From Lama glama (lineage: Eukaryota), in the NCBI GenBank assembly GCA_028534125.1, contig CM052817.1, positions 92,258,001-92,322,000 on the forward strand: DNA of 64,000 bases, in the 5' to 3' direction. Every line of letters begins with the position of its first letter. The first letter of the stretch is position 1. Both the position numbers and the translations under genes were made by a program. The notes below the pieces were generated by a model, which had not been told where the DNA came from, made no database searches, and saw nothing but the letters and a program-made list of their open reading frames with translations. Below, in pieces: positions 38,376-52,569 of this stretch.

Positions 38376-41300
38376 AAGGCTTGTGATAGAAGAGGGAGGT
38401 GGGTGTGAACAGACTCTTTAAACAAGAACGTGATTCTTTTCTGATACAAATATACAGCTCCTCTTTTTCCTCTTCATCCTGGCCCTCACCTCTTCCCCGT
38501 TGATGTTCTTCCCAGCACTTTCCTCCATTATGCCTCCTTCCTGACTCTGCTCTCTAAAACCTCTCCTGAATAATATTCAAAGCTGCTTCTGCATCTGCTT
38601 TTGGCATCAGCCAATTAGCCCTCACTGGAAGATTGTAATAAGCCTCCCAGAGAAGTGGCACAATTGTTGTGTGCTTTTATTTGATGCTGCTTCCTACCAC
38701 TATACGGAAAATGGAACAATACCCGCCTCGTGCCCTGCTGAAAGCAGTCTGGGTTTGAAGAGCTTTCAGAAGGCCATCTGCCGTCCCCTCAGCCCAGTGG
38801 AAGATCAGACACGAGGACCTGCATTAGTTAGCACTCCAAGTAAAAGGTATCAACGGTCTGTGTTCCTTTTCATCTTACCCTCCATTATAATTCGGGCTAA
38901 AGAAGGAAACAGACTCGTGGCTCCCCAGCTGGGAGACACACTGAGCCACAGCAGGAGTCTTGTCCACGAAAAGGGAGCAGGTTTTTCTTTTCTGTTGCTG
39001 AATGGAGCCTGTGTTTGCAGCCAGCACCATGCTCCAGAGTGTCCCCTGCACTGCTGGTAATAGCTTTCCTGGGTTCACTGGACCTCGTGGGAGGATGCGG
39101 TGCTGACGAGTGTCCTGGAGTGGAGGCATCATTAAATTAACTATACAAGGATTAGGCGAGGGTGTGTGCTGGGCAGGGAGAGTGGAGTGGCTCCTGCATC
39201 ATCTCAGTTGACACCCTCTGATGAATCCAGCCATGAATATTAATTCAGAAGATTATTCAGACATCCTTCAGAAAGTTTCAGCAAATCTTAATTGGCATTT
39301 GGGATCCATAGAAGTATAGATAATGACATTGGCCAAGTGAAATATCTGTTCCTATAAACTGAAGATAATGTGGACAGTGGCATTAAGCATACCTCCCTGG
39401 CCCAGCAAAATGCCTTAGAGACTTGGCAGAAGAGATTCAACAAGAAAAAGGAGATTAACTCTGCTTCCCAGTCGCTTCTGAGAGCGCAATGGCTCTGGGG
39501 TCACTAATGTATTGCTAGAAACTGTAAGTGCTCTTTCTATGAAAAAGCTTCAGTCAGGAAATCCACTTACCTGAAATAAACAGTCTACCATAGTGCAAGA
39601 ACTAGTTTTAATAAACAAGCTTAAGAAATGGAATATTAGGGCAGCATCAAAATGTTTTCAGTAATCTAGAGTGATCTCTGATTTTCTCATCAAAACATAA
39701 GTATTAATATTTTGACTTCCGTTAAAAGACAAAACCATCCATCAGTTGCCTTGTATCAGCAGTGTTTTTTGTTTATTAGATTAACAACAAAAAGTAGGAA
39801 TTTTTTTTTTGTCAAATTCATATGAAATCCTTCATAATGTGCTAATTTTTTTCTAGAGGAAAATCCAGAGGAGATTCAAAGGATCAAGGGTGAATTTGAT
39901 TTACTTGAGCTCATGAGCTAATGAGACGCTGAACTCTCCCAGGTCCCTTTCCTATTGAGAAGGAGACCAGCTGGCTATTTTCCAATACAGGGACCTTCAT
40001 TTCACAAGGGCCCTAGTTTGACTGGATCAACTTTGGACACACTTCCCCTCAAAGGCCTCCTGCCTGCTTTGTTCAGAATTTGAGGGTCCCAGCCTGGTTT
40101 TCTTAGAGACCCTTGGGGCTCCCTGGAGAGACACTTTGAAGGTTCTTTTTGAGCCTGCAAAGAGAATCTGGAGTGTAGCGAGAAGGAGGGTAACCCTAAC
40201 AGAGCAGGGCAACTGGATAAGCCAGCTTCAGCTGTCCTCCTCAACCCTAGGAATCAAATGTTTCAATGATCCAAAAGCTCTGAGTGACCCTATGGGAAAT
40301 GATACGTGCTCCAATCACAGAATCAGAATCAGATTCTGCTCAAAGCTGTTTCAGAAAGACATGTTTTGCTTTCACAGAAGACATTAGCGTTCATTTTCAA
40401 TCCTCGAATTCGACATTGGAAACGGAAGGGGCTTGGTGGCAGCCCATGTGAATGGTCCAGGAGAACAGTGAGCCTCCCTGGCAGCCCTTCCGTTAGAGGG
40501 ACCCGGGTCTTCCCTCCACCGGCCTCCCCGGGATATACACAGCCAGCAGCCGCCTCTTTTCAGCCCTAACTGGCTTTCTTTTCCATTTAATCATTGTTCC
40601 CTTGTTTCTCCACACACACGTTTCATTGTCAGCTTAATGACTTTGGCTCAGGATACTTGGCTGTGCACATGCGTAGTTCTGTCCTTGCTGGTAGCCTGAC
40701 ATTCATAAAAGCTGTCTGAAAAAGCTTGCATTTTAAAACACATTCGTCCTTTCTTATCCCTCCTGAGAATCTTCACTATCTTTTCCTAGCAAACAAAAGA
40801 CAACTATAATTTGTTCATCCATGTGAATATTTTGCTTTCATTTGCATTCTTTGTAGCAAGGTTAGTGGGCTTTTCTAAGGTCATGGTAACTCTTCAGAAA
40901 GCTTTGTTTATAAGAATATTATTTTCAACAATGCTTCTTAGCCTTCTTTCTTTTAGAATTTTAAGTGGCTTGAGCTTTATGCTATGACAATGTCCCTCAG
41001 CTTATAGTGGATTCCTGTCCCTTCTGCTTTAAAAGAGTGTAAAAACAGAATTTTCTGTAAATAAGATGTAGTTGATGTACCATCTGAGCAACTAGCTCAG
41101 ATGGCAGTGACTGTTGGCCCGAAAACACTAACTCTCTCATTCAGTGCCTCTCTGTGAAATACTTAATGATCATCAAACACACAGGGAGAGCCTATATTTC
41201 AAGGAATTTCTCAAAGAATAGTGTTTGTAGAATTTTTTCTGATAACACAAACAGTAATTCCTTTATTGGTCCAGTCTGTAAGTGGGGACATCATCCTTTC

Positions 41301-41709
41301 TCCATAGTATATAGTCATTTGACTATAAAAGGAATTAGGCAAATTTACAGCTAACTGGTCATTTTAAAGAAATAAACTGTGTGTAATATTTTGGTCATGT
41401 TCCAATGATAATAACCTTAAGGTTTTTTTTAACCTTTTTTGAAGGGGAGGAGGCAGAAAAACTAAAGCAGATGTTGAAGAAAGATGATTAATCAGCTGTC
41501 ACTCTAGTTTTCCTATAGGTTCTCACTCCTGAAGATGATTAGAAAATCAGTTGGTTTCTTTAGAAATCCTAGTTAACTCTTTGGATATCTGATACCAGCT
41601 AAAAAATAACTCATCACTCATCACAAATAAAACTAAGAGTCACAAAATTAAATATTCGGAGTAAGCCCATATTTTACTATCTGATCATGTATCTCTTAGG
41701 TGGATGCTA

Positions 41710-41910
41710 ATGACATTTACTAAGAACTTAATACGTCCAAGCACTGTGCTAAGAACTTCACATTCATTATCTCATTTAATCCTCACAAACAACATGTGAT
41801 AGATATTATTATCCCTGGTTTTCACATTGAAAACTGGGACTCAAAAGGTTTAGTAACTTGTCCAAAACAGGGCTGGGATAGCAGCCCAGGTCTGACCGAC
41901 TTCAAAGCCT
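41710..41910 (-). mobile_element. MIR SINE
   Basis: Motifs gcactgtgctaag and atctcatttaatcctcacaa. Confidence 0.75.
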
Positions 41911-42589
41911 TTGTCAAATGACAATGCATCAGGATGGAAATTACCAGATAGCACAATTGCATTCTACTGACAAGGTGGAAACAATAAGGTGCCTGCATTG
42001 CAGGTGCTGAACAATGAAATATGGTCCCATAGTTATGAGGTCAAGGTTCAAAAATGTAATCACAGACTCAGAGGGCAGGAAGCGCCCCAGAGGCTCTCTA
42101 ACAATACTGGAGTACGCTCAGACAAGGACGGTAGAATACAAAATTGTATCTATGTTGTGATTACAACCATGTGAAAGTAATTTATGTATAGGGACTAGGA
42201 TGGGAAGAGAATATGGAAAAATGTCTTTATTAGTGTGAAGGGATTATAAATTATTACATTTCATGTTCTATTTATACAATCATTTTTTTTTCTAAAAAAC
42301 AAGGTTAACATTAGAGTTTTTCTGATCTATGGAAGTAAGATATCAATCCTAACTAGAGTGCTGATTTTTGATAAGCATGTGAAAATACCAGTGCTAGGAT
42401 TGAGGACATCTATCAACACATCACTACCGCCTTTTGCATTTTTAGTGATGTGTGCAAAAAGTTGTCTTAGGAGAATAAAATGTGGAAAGTGGCAGATTTG
42501 GCCATAGGACACACAAGGCACTGAGGGTGGGGGGCAGGGGAGATAAGACCTAAATTGTAAATGCCACCCTTCAACATAGTCATATCTTT

Positions 42590-43260
42590 TTTGTTGAAAT
42601 TTTATTTTCATTTTGAAACAACCTCAAGTATCAAACATTTGCAAGTACATTAAGAAGGATTTTTTTTTCCTGAATTATTTAAGAGTAAGTTGCCAATCCA
42701 ACGCCCCCACTACCCCTAGATACTTAAGTGCGTATTTCCTACAAACAGGGACTTTCTCCTTCATAATCACAATACAACCAACAAAGTCAGGAAAATGACA
42801 TTCAGACATCACAATCACCTAATCTTCAAAGTGCATTTACGTCTCACCAGTTGTCTTGACGATATCCGTGACAGCAAAAGCACCCGGTTAGAGTCACACG
42901 TTGCATTTAGTTGTCACATCGCTTCAGCTCCCTTCAATCTGGAACAAGTCTTTACTTGACTTTCATAACTTTGATAATTTTAAAGATTATAGAGCAGTTG
43001 TTTTGTAACATGTTCCTCAATATCGATATGTTTGGTGAGAACATCACAGAAGGAATGCTGTGTTCTTCTCACTGTACTGTAACGGTGGTCCATAGTTTCT
43101 GTTTATCCTTTAGTAGTGAGGTTCACTTTGATGCCTTGGTTATGGTGGTGTCTTGCTCCTTTTTTCTTTTAATAATTAGTAAGTCTTTTGCGGGAAGATA
43201 TTTTGAAACTAGGTAATATTTCATTTCACATCAAACTATGTATGTATGTATTTATATGAG
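42590..43260 (-). mobile_element. Ancient L1 3' UTR (L1MC4/5-like)
   Basis: Characteristic motifs ttaagagtaagttgcc...cccctagatacttaagtgcgtatttcctacaaacaggg. Confidence 0.65.
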
Positions 43261-44524
43261 AATAGCCTCATGGCTTCCTACTTTATTGAGTAAAAGTCCT
43301 CAATATAGCCTTAGAGAAGAAGAGGAAGAGATACCTAGTGCCCTGAAATCTTTTATAGGCAGTATTTCAATCAAGTGTATATAGATTCTCTTCCTACTGC
43401 CTTGAGTTACTAAAATTCTTACTTATCTTCACTTCATTTCTTCTTCTCTTATAAATTAGTCTCCAAAAGAGTCATAGGGAAGGATGGCCAACGAGGAAAA
43501 ATCAAATATTCTTTTATTCATTCACCCATTTAATGACAGCCTACGAGGTACTAGGTTCTCCTCAGTTCAGGCTGTCACTTCAGTGTGTCTGCTTTGAGCC
43601 TCAAGCCGGGCTCCCCCGGCAGTGATTGGCCACCGGGTGGAAGGCAGGTGTAGACAGCCTATGTTCCTATTACCATGTGGCTGGGTTCCAAAAAGTTGTT
43701 AACCTTAATTTCTCTCAGAAGACGGAATGTTTATAAACCAAACGCTGGTATTTCCATATGGCTCTCAAACTCATGACTCAAGTTAGGATCATGATCTTAA
43801 CTTCCACATATCAGAGATGCCACCTGACAAAATGATCAAGACACAGAGCAGAGCTGACTTTGTCATTTCACTAGGCCACTTTTCATAGCCCTACCTCCTA
43901 CACTGGTTTTAAAAACACCATTACATTCGGTCTCATTTTCAACATTCTAACACAGGTTGATTCACAGGAACATCTTTAATTTGTAGTACTTTCTCCTTCC
44001 CATTTTCCATATTCCCTCCATGTGTTTTTTTAAAATCCACTCTGTTTTTTGTCTTTATCTTGCCTTTTATCTCCTCTCAACTGCCCTCTCTGGTCCTGTG
44101 TTGCCCTTCTCTGCCTTGCTCTACCCTCCCTCCTTTCCACTTTTCTTCTCTCTCATCTACACTGTCCAAGGTCCTCCTCCTCCTTCCCTCTAACCTAATC
44201 TCATGGCCTGAACTTTGCACTTTTTGCTCCTTTGGTCCAGCCACTCCCTATTGTATTGTTGGCTTAACGGTCTGGAGATGAAGGAAGATCTCACTAGTCT
44301 GAGTTGAATAACTTTTTGAGAAAAGTTTTAGTTTTATCATTTTAAGGACATGGAAAGGAAGTCTTCAGCTCAGATAAATATAGGTTTAAGCACTTAGAAT
44401 CTGTGTATTACAATAATTGCTGCTGCGTCCATTAACTATTCACACACAAATACTGCTGCTAAGGCTGGTTATTTCCCTTATTTATTGTGCACTTATAGAG
44501 GATGGCTTTTTCTTAGGCAGCACT

Positions 44525-44760
44525 GAGTAATAATTAAGTTTCCAAGCTCTGCAGCTGAAGTCCCTGGAATCAAATTGTGGCTCAGCTAGCTGCGGTAGCA
44601 CTGGGCAAGTTATTTAACCTCTCTAAGCTTTCATTTCCTCATTCGTAGCATGGGGATGCCAAGTACCTACTTCCTAAACATTTTGTAAGAATTAAGTAAG
44701 ACAGTTCTTGTAAAACTGTGTGGCACCTGGTAAGTGTGGAATATATGTTATATATATTAT
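44525..44760 (+). mobile_element. MIR SINE
   Basis: Motif tgggcaagttatttaacctctctaagctttcatttcctcat. Confidence 0.7.
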
Positions 44761-46144
44761 AAATATAGTAAAAAAAAAACCTGTATAATGAAAAATTCTC
44801 TACAATGAATATTCCTGACTAAACAAATCATTTTTGAAGTTTTAAAAAAATTGTCCCTGCTACCATACCAAAAATAAGCTCAGAATAGGAACTTTGTGTT
44901 GTAGTCAGTTAAAATCCACCACAGTTCTTTATTGTTCTACCTGAAATAGAAATTTTTTTCCTTTTTCTGTCACCACTTCAGTTCAAATAATCCCTTCCAG
45001 AAATTTCCATAAAGTTTACATATTGAAAGACATAAAAGGTGAATGACTTATGGTTAGGAGGCTTTAGAAACCTTTTTCCACCAGCTTGGTGATTGACCTA
45101 CAGGGGTTTACAGATGTTCCAGTCAACACATAGGACTCTTCCAGCGAAATATCACCATGAAGTGAGCCCTTCACAACCCACTGGATTGCAGGGCAGGTAA
45201 ACTGCACCAAACCCAAGTGGTGAGAGAGGAAGCACTCAACGCATCAGGAAAGGCCTGGAGAATCTGGAGATTCTCGGCTCTCTACACCGTGGTACAGTGT
45301 GACCAACCTACAAAGTCTAGATTCTGTGGTCACTATTTTAAGAAGGTGAAGTTACTGATGGAAGGGGAAAATCTTTCCAAGAAAATTCTTTGTAGAGAAA
45401 ACAAACAGAAAAACAAAACAAAGCAAAACAACCAGCAGTTCAAGCTTTTTGAGTTCAAGAAGAATTAAATTCAATGGACTTGGCCATCAAATGGACTGGG
45501 AGTTCAGAGCCAGGAATTTGCTCAAAGTTAGAACTTTGGAACCAGTTCTTTCCTGGTCAAAGTTACAGTCTTCTGAGGTAGTTTATTAGACTGGGGAAGG
45601 ACAAGGGTGAATAGGCTAAATATTATACAATTTCCAAAAGGAAATCTTCTGCTAAACAATCATATCCTTTCTCAACTAGGCTTCCTCAAATGACCATGGA
45701 ATGTGGAAAAGGATTTGAGTGACTGCTTTCTCAATCCTCCCAGAGATGGCACATAACAAGTACCTTTCTAGATGCAAGGGGAGAATTTATTTAATTTCAT
45801 GAATGGATACCTTAGGCAGGCTTAGCTCTGTCTCAAAACCTGGGGTGTAAAAGGGCTGGAGGTCCTATAGGGTGACACATCCATGTGACAGAGTTGCAAC
45901 ATAGTTCTAGCATTTTTTTTCTAGAACCCGAGACTGAAAACCATGCTCATCTTGGACCCTTCCTTCACTTTTATCTTCCATAGTTGATTTAGTCTGTTAA
46001 CACATCCTGCTTCTACTTTCTTGAAAATGTTTATGGTAATATACCCTCATCTCCATTTCCACTGCCTCTACCACTCATGACTGAATTTTGTAACAGTCTT
46101 CTATAGTCTTATGACTTCATACAGTCATAGAATTTAGCCTCTAG

Positions 46145-46300
46145 GAATATCAGTTTTCTCATGAGCAAAATAAAGATAATCATAGTACCTGCCTTATAGG
46201 ATTATGGTGAGGACTGAATGAGATATTTTATGTTAAGTGCTCAGTACAGCACCTTACAAATAGTTAGAACTCAATAAATGTTAGCTATTACTATTATTAT
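46145..46300 (+). mobile_element. MIR SINE (3' half), inserted in an L2 remnant
   Basis: Motifs atagtacctgccttataggatt and ctcaataaatgttagctattactatt. Confidence 0.75.
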
Positions 46301-47179
46301 TTTTGTCCCCACCCGCACCTACTGTGGCTTCTTCCTACAAATGGATACTAGCTCTACACAAATCTTTCCAGAAAACATGTCCCTCACTACCTTAGGAATC
46401 CAGTGTATCAAATTCCTGCTTGGTTTTCCATGTTCTTCTCAGCTGATTCACTCATTCACTCTTTCATTTATTAATTCTTTCTGGTTCAAACTCTAAATAT
46501 CCAACTGATTTCCTACTATTTCCAAACATGTATCATTCAGCCATTTCTTCAATATGCTCACACTGCATCCCCGTGATAGGCCGAGTATTGGTGGTACAGG
46601 AGAAACTAAGAGAGAAACACTGCCACTCTCATAAATATTACCGCTGGGAGAATAGCAAGTACACTAGTCAGAAAGTCTATTTGTCACGTCCTCACCCCTA
46701 CATGTGTTCCTAATATAGCCCAACTCTCTCCAAAGCTCTATCACACTTACTGCCATCCTGCTTTATCGGTGTTCTATCTAACGTGGACGCTATGTGTCTT
46801 ACCAGCTAGATTACGAACCCTCTGAGACCTCTGTATTCTCTTAAGTGACCAACACATGAGGAGTTCAAACTATGCTTTTTGATTGAGATTGACTCATTTG
46901 ATTTTTACAGGATGTAGAACACGTGTCCTCTTTTGGGTCCCTCATTTCAAAATGTACATATCTCTAATATCTGTAGTCTAATGGAGGAAGAACTTATATT
47001 TCTCTCAATTAGAATATGTATTCATTTGGACTGAGAGCTCTTGGATTTATTACAGCTGATATTTTTGACTGTTAACAGAAGATTAACAGATTTTACTCAT
47101 ACCTGATAGGTGTACATTATTTTGTATTTTTCATTCAGTATTTTTCATAGAAGCAGAGAAACTTCCTAAATAAATTCTT

Positions 47180-47360
47180 TGTTCTGATTATTATCGCTGT
47201 GTAACATACCCCCAAACTTAGTGTTGTAAGGCAACACTCACTTTATTTGCTCACTATTTTGTGGCTCAGAGATTCAAGGGGGTGTAGCTGGGCGGTTCTG
47301 CCTTGAGAATTCCTGCTGCCCTTGCAGCCAGATGTCAGCTAGGCTGCAGTCCTGTGAAGT
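47180..47360 (-). mobile_element. MaLR LTR fragment (MLT1-like)
   Basis: Motifs gctgtgtaacatacccccaaacttagtg and agctgggcggttctg. Confidence 0.6.
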
Positions 47361-47713
47361 TAGGAAAGCCTCAGACTCATTAGACTTTTAGTCCCATGCA
47401 TGAAGTGAGACTTCAGGCAAGTCACTTTATTTCTCTGGGTTTCATTTTCCACACACAATGAGATAAAACTAACAAATTCTTTTGAGAGCTCTTTCAGCTC
47501 AAAAGTCCTGTGATTCTATGAAATACAAAAATAAAGTTTGAAAAAAACCACAAAAAATAAAAAAATAGAGTTTGGATATGAGCAGCTACAAATCACTGTG
47601 CATAACTAAGGTTATTCTGCAAGTAGAAAATGTTACTAAATGAAGGGAAAACCTAAGGATTGAAATAAAGACAATTTTTTAATGGTGAAACAGAAACTTA
47701 TCTTGAATCAATT

Positions 47714-47732
47714 TTGCCACTAGAGGTCACTA
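47714..47732 (+). promoter_or_regulatory. Candidate CTCF site
   Basis: TTGCCACTAGAGGTCACTA resembles the CTCF core. Confidence 0.45.
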
Positions 47733-49103
47733 GTGTACCACCTCAAAGAGAATGCCGTCAAGTTCCTTATCCATGGCCCCTAAATGACGTTCATGGTGTC
47801 TTTTAGTGTATTCAGAGTATCTCCTGACGTATGTCATGATGGGGTGACATCGGTTATCACTGTAGATGATGTTTCACGTGTGCCTAGGGTTCTGTAAGTG
47901 TGAAGGGCCACGACCAGAACCAAAAGGAAAATTAATTCTCTGGCTTTTCTGCCCTCTCACTGGGATGCGTTAAGGGGCAGTGAGAAAATCTGACAGAAAG
48001 ATACATGAGCTCTGAGGTGAAAAGGCATTGTGGAAACACTGTGTCACCCTCTGAGGCAACACAGACATGTCTCCTTTTTAAGAGGCAGAAAAAGTAAGGA
48101 TCTAGAGAAGAACGTTCGTTCATTCATTCATTCATTCATTCCTTCAACCAATATTTATGGGCTCACATGTAGCCAGTGTGCTGGCGCCACATTAATGAAG
48201 GAGACCAGCTGGTGCCCTCGAGGAATTTAAGAAATTGGGCAGAGGAGGGTTTCTAGTCAGATGCTCTTAGTACTTACAGACCACCATGCCAGGCAACTTT
48301 CCCTCAGAATTTCTTCCTGCATCTCCCCCAGAGACCATTAGGACAAGCAATATAAGTCCCATTTCGAGTGCAGGTGGTCACCTGCAGCACGGCAAAGCCA
48401 GTGACTTTTTAAAGCTGATGACACTTTTCTGAGGTGAAGTTAAGAGTTGACTAGATGCTGGTCAAACTAAACCAGAGATACGTGTGAGAAGATGTTAAAA
48501 TGCTGAGTTGGGTTGTGGCCAATAAGGCTTGTTAGAAGAAAAAAAATAATGCCTAATATCTTTAAATGAGAGAAACAATGCTCTAAGGGACATTATTGCC
48601 CTGAAACATAAAGATCCGTAGAGGTCGCTGAAGAAACCTCCATGAGACGGAGAGACTCCAGGAGGCCTCTGAAGGGCATATCAATTTTCTCCCAAAATGA
48701 AAACTACATTTTCTTATATTTTGCTTCATGCAGTACATAAAGAAAACCTACTTCAAATGGAAAAACTCACAATTCTACCATCAAGGATGAGTAGCAAGGG
48801 GTTCTAGGCTCTTTCCATACCTTGAAGAGCTAGTTCTTCTACAGCTTTAAGGGGGATTTTAAATTAGTTATCATCAGCCTTTAGACCAGACACAAAGTCT
48901 GTTTCTGAGCATAACAGGCAAGACCCTATCCCTTAGCAGCGAGGTATTCTTTTGTTTTCTGCCTTCACTAGAGAAGAAGAAGAAACGGAGTCTGGTCAGA
49001 TCTCTGCTTCAAGTTGGGGAAGACTTGATCTACTTTTGCTATGATGAGTGTTACTAACTATTCTGGCAATTATTAATCTTAAGTACTTGTTTTAAAACAA
49101 ACT

Positions 49104-49895
49104 ACAACATGAAAAGATGCTCAACATCACTATTAGAGAAACGCAAATCAAAACTACAATGAGGTGTCACTTCACACCAGTCAGAATGGCCATTATCAAA
49201 AAGTCTACAAATAATAAATGCTGGAGAGGGTGTAGAGAAAAGGGAACCTTCCTTCCCTCTTGGTGGAAATGTATATTGGTGAAGCCACTGTGGAAAACAC
49301 TATGGAGATTCCTTAAAAAACTAAAAATAGAGTTACCATGTGACCCAGCAATCCCACTCTTGGGCATACATCCAGAAAAGACAAAAGGTCTAAATAAAAA
49401 AAAAATGAACCCCAATGTTTATAGCAGCACTATTTACAACAGCCAAGACATGGAAGAACCTAAATGTCCATCAACAGATGACTGGATAAAGAAGATGTGG
49501 TATATACATAATGGAATATTACTCAGCCACAAAAAGAATGAAATAATGCAATCTGCAGCACCACAGATGGACCTAGAGATTATCATATTAAGTGCAGTAA
49601 GTCAGACAGAGAAAGACAAATATCATATATCATTTTTATATGGAACCTATAAAAATAATACAAATCAACTTACAAAACAGAAACAGACTCACAGACATAG
49701 AAAACAAGCTTGTGGTTACCAAAGGGGAAAGGGGGGAGGGATAAATTAGGAGTTTGGGATTAGCAGATACAAAGTATATATGTGTATATATAATATATAA
49801 TATATAATATATATATAATACATAAGATATTATATATATATAATAGAAAAACAACAAGGATTTGCTGTATAGCACAGGGAACTATATTCAAAACA
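49104..49895 (+). mobile_element. Relatively young 5'-truncated L1 (ORF2 C-terminus plus partial 3' UTR); source of the 210-aa ORF
   Basis: Encodes [30 protein letters not shown]...[28 protein letters not shown]. The TSD is AAAACAAACT at 49094-49103 and 49896-49905, at a TT/AAAA endonuclease site. Confidence 0.92.
49776..49842. repeat. AT-rich (TA/TATAA)n expansion inside an L1 3' UTR
   Basis: tatatataatatataatatataatat... Confidence 0.85.
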
Positions 49896-52569
49896 AAAAC
49901 AAACTGAACTACGGACAGGCTTGTCCTTTCTTCTGATTGTTGCAAAGTTTGGCAAAACAGTGAAAAAGAAAGGGTAGGGGGAGAGCTACAAAATAGGACT
50001 TGATTTATTTAAAACTGTATTTACTATTATGCTGTTGACTTCTACTAATGCTTCTTCAATGCCAGCCAATGTAGTTCTCCTCCTTTCTGACCGATAGGCA
50101 GCCCACCAACACTTTATGAGACATTCTGCAGTAATTCCCTTGAGATTACTGTATAAGGAAGGAGGAGGGGAAGTAGGAATTTGTCACAGAACTAAAGAGG
50201 TTAGAGGTTCCTAGGAGAGGTGTCTGCCAGGGCCCCGAGTGTCTCTGGTGTGCCAAGAGCACAAGGTCCTGCCTGGCCTTTATTCAGGCCATTTCTTAGG
50301 GTGTGTTTGCAGAGAGCAACTATACAGGATGAGGTCATTCCTCTCCCCCTGGTAGAAGAGTGAACTTGCTTCCACTTGCTGTAAAAACAATAGATTCCCT
50401 GAGCTCAGCTTCCCTCCCTGTACAACCCACTGTGTGTGCAGGCACCTACCTGGGGGACTCGGGGGAGATGGGGAACAGAAGCAAATCATCATGAAGCTCA
50501 CACTGCTGTGAGCTGTGAGTAATAGACTCTGACCCGGGCATCTCCTGTCTCCTCCCAGCACCTGTGAAATCAAGCTAACTTATAAGCTTGTAAGTTGTGT
50601 AAAATCCCAGATTCTGACACAGCCTGACAGAATTCGCTCAAGGTGATATTAGTGTAAACAGTTACCAGGGAAACACAAAACTATGAGGATTATGTCTGTG
50701 TACTGAAAGTAAGAAAATCCATTAGGAACCAAGCATTTTAGCACCTTGCGAGCAACTCATGTGCAGCCTTTTATAAAACATTAGTTTCCCTGTGACCCTG
50801 ACTCCTACACCCTTCAAAGAATCATGCTGTCTTACTAAAACAGAACACTTTTTACGTTCTGAGAGCCCAGTGATTAGTCTTGATTTTAAAGCAGATTATT
50901 TTATAAAAATTCAGTACAACATGTACTCAGCTGAAATGACTGACAGTGGTAGATTCATGTATAGAGAATCACAGAAACCCAAAATCAAAAAGGTTCGAGT
51001 GGAGGGGCTTAGAGGTAACTCACTCAGGAAACCTTTCAGATCTTACGGCAGGCACAGTGCTAAGGACTGGACTGTCTGACACAACCAAACCGTCAAAGGG
51101 AACCATCCAGTCTAACTCACTGGCAGTGTTACTTGGTAAATTCCTCAATGTCATTTTATAGAATATTAGAGAAGCAGAATTAACTTTATGCCAGTCCCTC
51201 ATCTAAAGACACAAGGGTGTATGGTAATTCATCCCCCTCAGCCTTACAGTCAATATCAAATCTTTGGATCCTCTACAGTATATAGCTCATAATGAACACT
51301 AAGTGAAACTTTTGAACTAGGAAATGAAGAAGTAAATGAACACAAATACATTAAGCCAGAACTGGAACCAGGTTCCCTCTTCTTCAAACCAATGCTTGTT
51401 GCACTGCTGACAGAGCAGGGTTTCCAAACCACTCATCTGCGTATCAATATTGCAATTCTTTTTTGCCACATTAAGTTAACCATTTACTTAACGTCACTTT
51501 TGAACTTAGGTTCTTGTTCTAAGCAACAACATCTGCAAACTGAGCGTTAGCCGTATTATTCATATTTTTATTATGATAAAATGTATAACTATTTTTAAAA
51601 GCTCATAATGTTCAACCAGAGGTATAAGTACCAGTCTTTGGGGAACATCGATTAAGACAATACTTTGTCTAGAGAAAAATAAGCATCAAGACCCTGCAGA
51701 GTCATTCTTCATTATTTTCAATTTTGTCAAAATCTTCAAAGCTTGATTCCATGGAGACCTGGAAATCCTTCTGATTTTCATTTGAGAAACACTAAAAATA
51801 CACTAGTAATTTCTTACATTTTCTCTATTGACAAACGAATGAAAATGATTCTGCTCAAATTAGCCAATGATTGGTTATTATCAAAAAATTGTGATCTTTA
51901 GAAAAGTAAACAGGCACCACTTAATTTACCAAATAGCAGTGTAGTATACTATTGAGTCTAGATTTGAAATCAAGTTTCAACAGGCAGAATATATTCTTCA
52001 CTCACCAAATTCAGGACAATATTCATTCTCCAATGAATTCAATAACCTTTCAAGGGAAAAAAAATAAGTAAAAAGGAAAAAGTGAGTTCTTTTTTAGGAA
52101 TGAGACGAAACACATTTTGCAAATTAATGAGCATGAAAGTATGAGAAAATGCACCTGGTTACACTTGAAAGTTATCAAAATGTCTCCAGTTAGCATATTT
52201 CACTTTAAAATATCCACAGTATGTTTAGAACCCTAATTACTGAAAACAAGCTCAAAGTTTTTATTTCTTGATGAGAGAATGTCAGACTAGAACATCAAAA
52301 TGATCTTGGAAGTTTGCTATTATTTATCATTTCTTCCTCACAGACTACTTTGCCTTGCAACAATTGTATTCAATTTGGAGTTCTCCATTCTCTATGATGA
52401 ATATTTTAATTTGTGCTTTTATTTAGATGGTTTATAATATTAATATATGCACATTCCAGAGCACATGAATATCCATTTTATAATCAAATATTTCTATGCA
52501 ATTTCACTGTTTCCTATTTGTACTAGTATGTTTTCCTTATTCAGAAGAAGGGAATTTTTGTGGCTACTT

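Noticed and set aside
49117..49749. 210-aa ORF as a host gene
   Set aside because: It is the L1 ORF2 C-terminus drifting into 3' UTR sequence.
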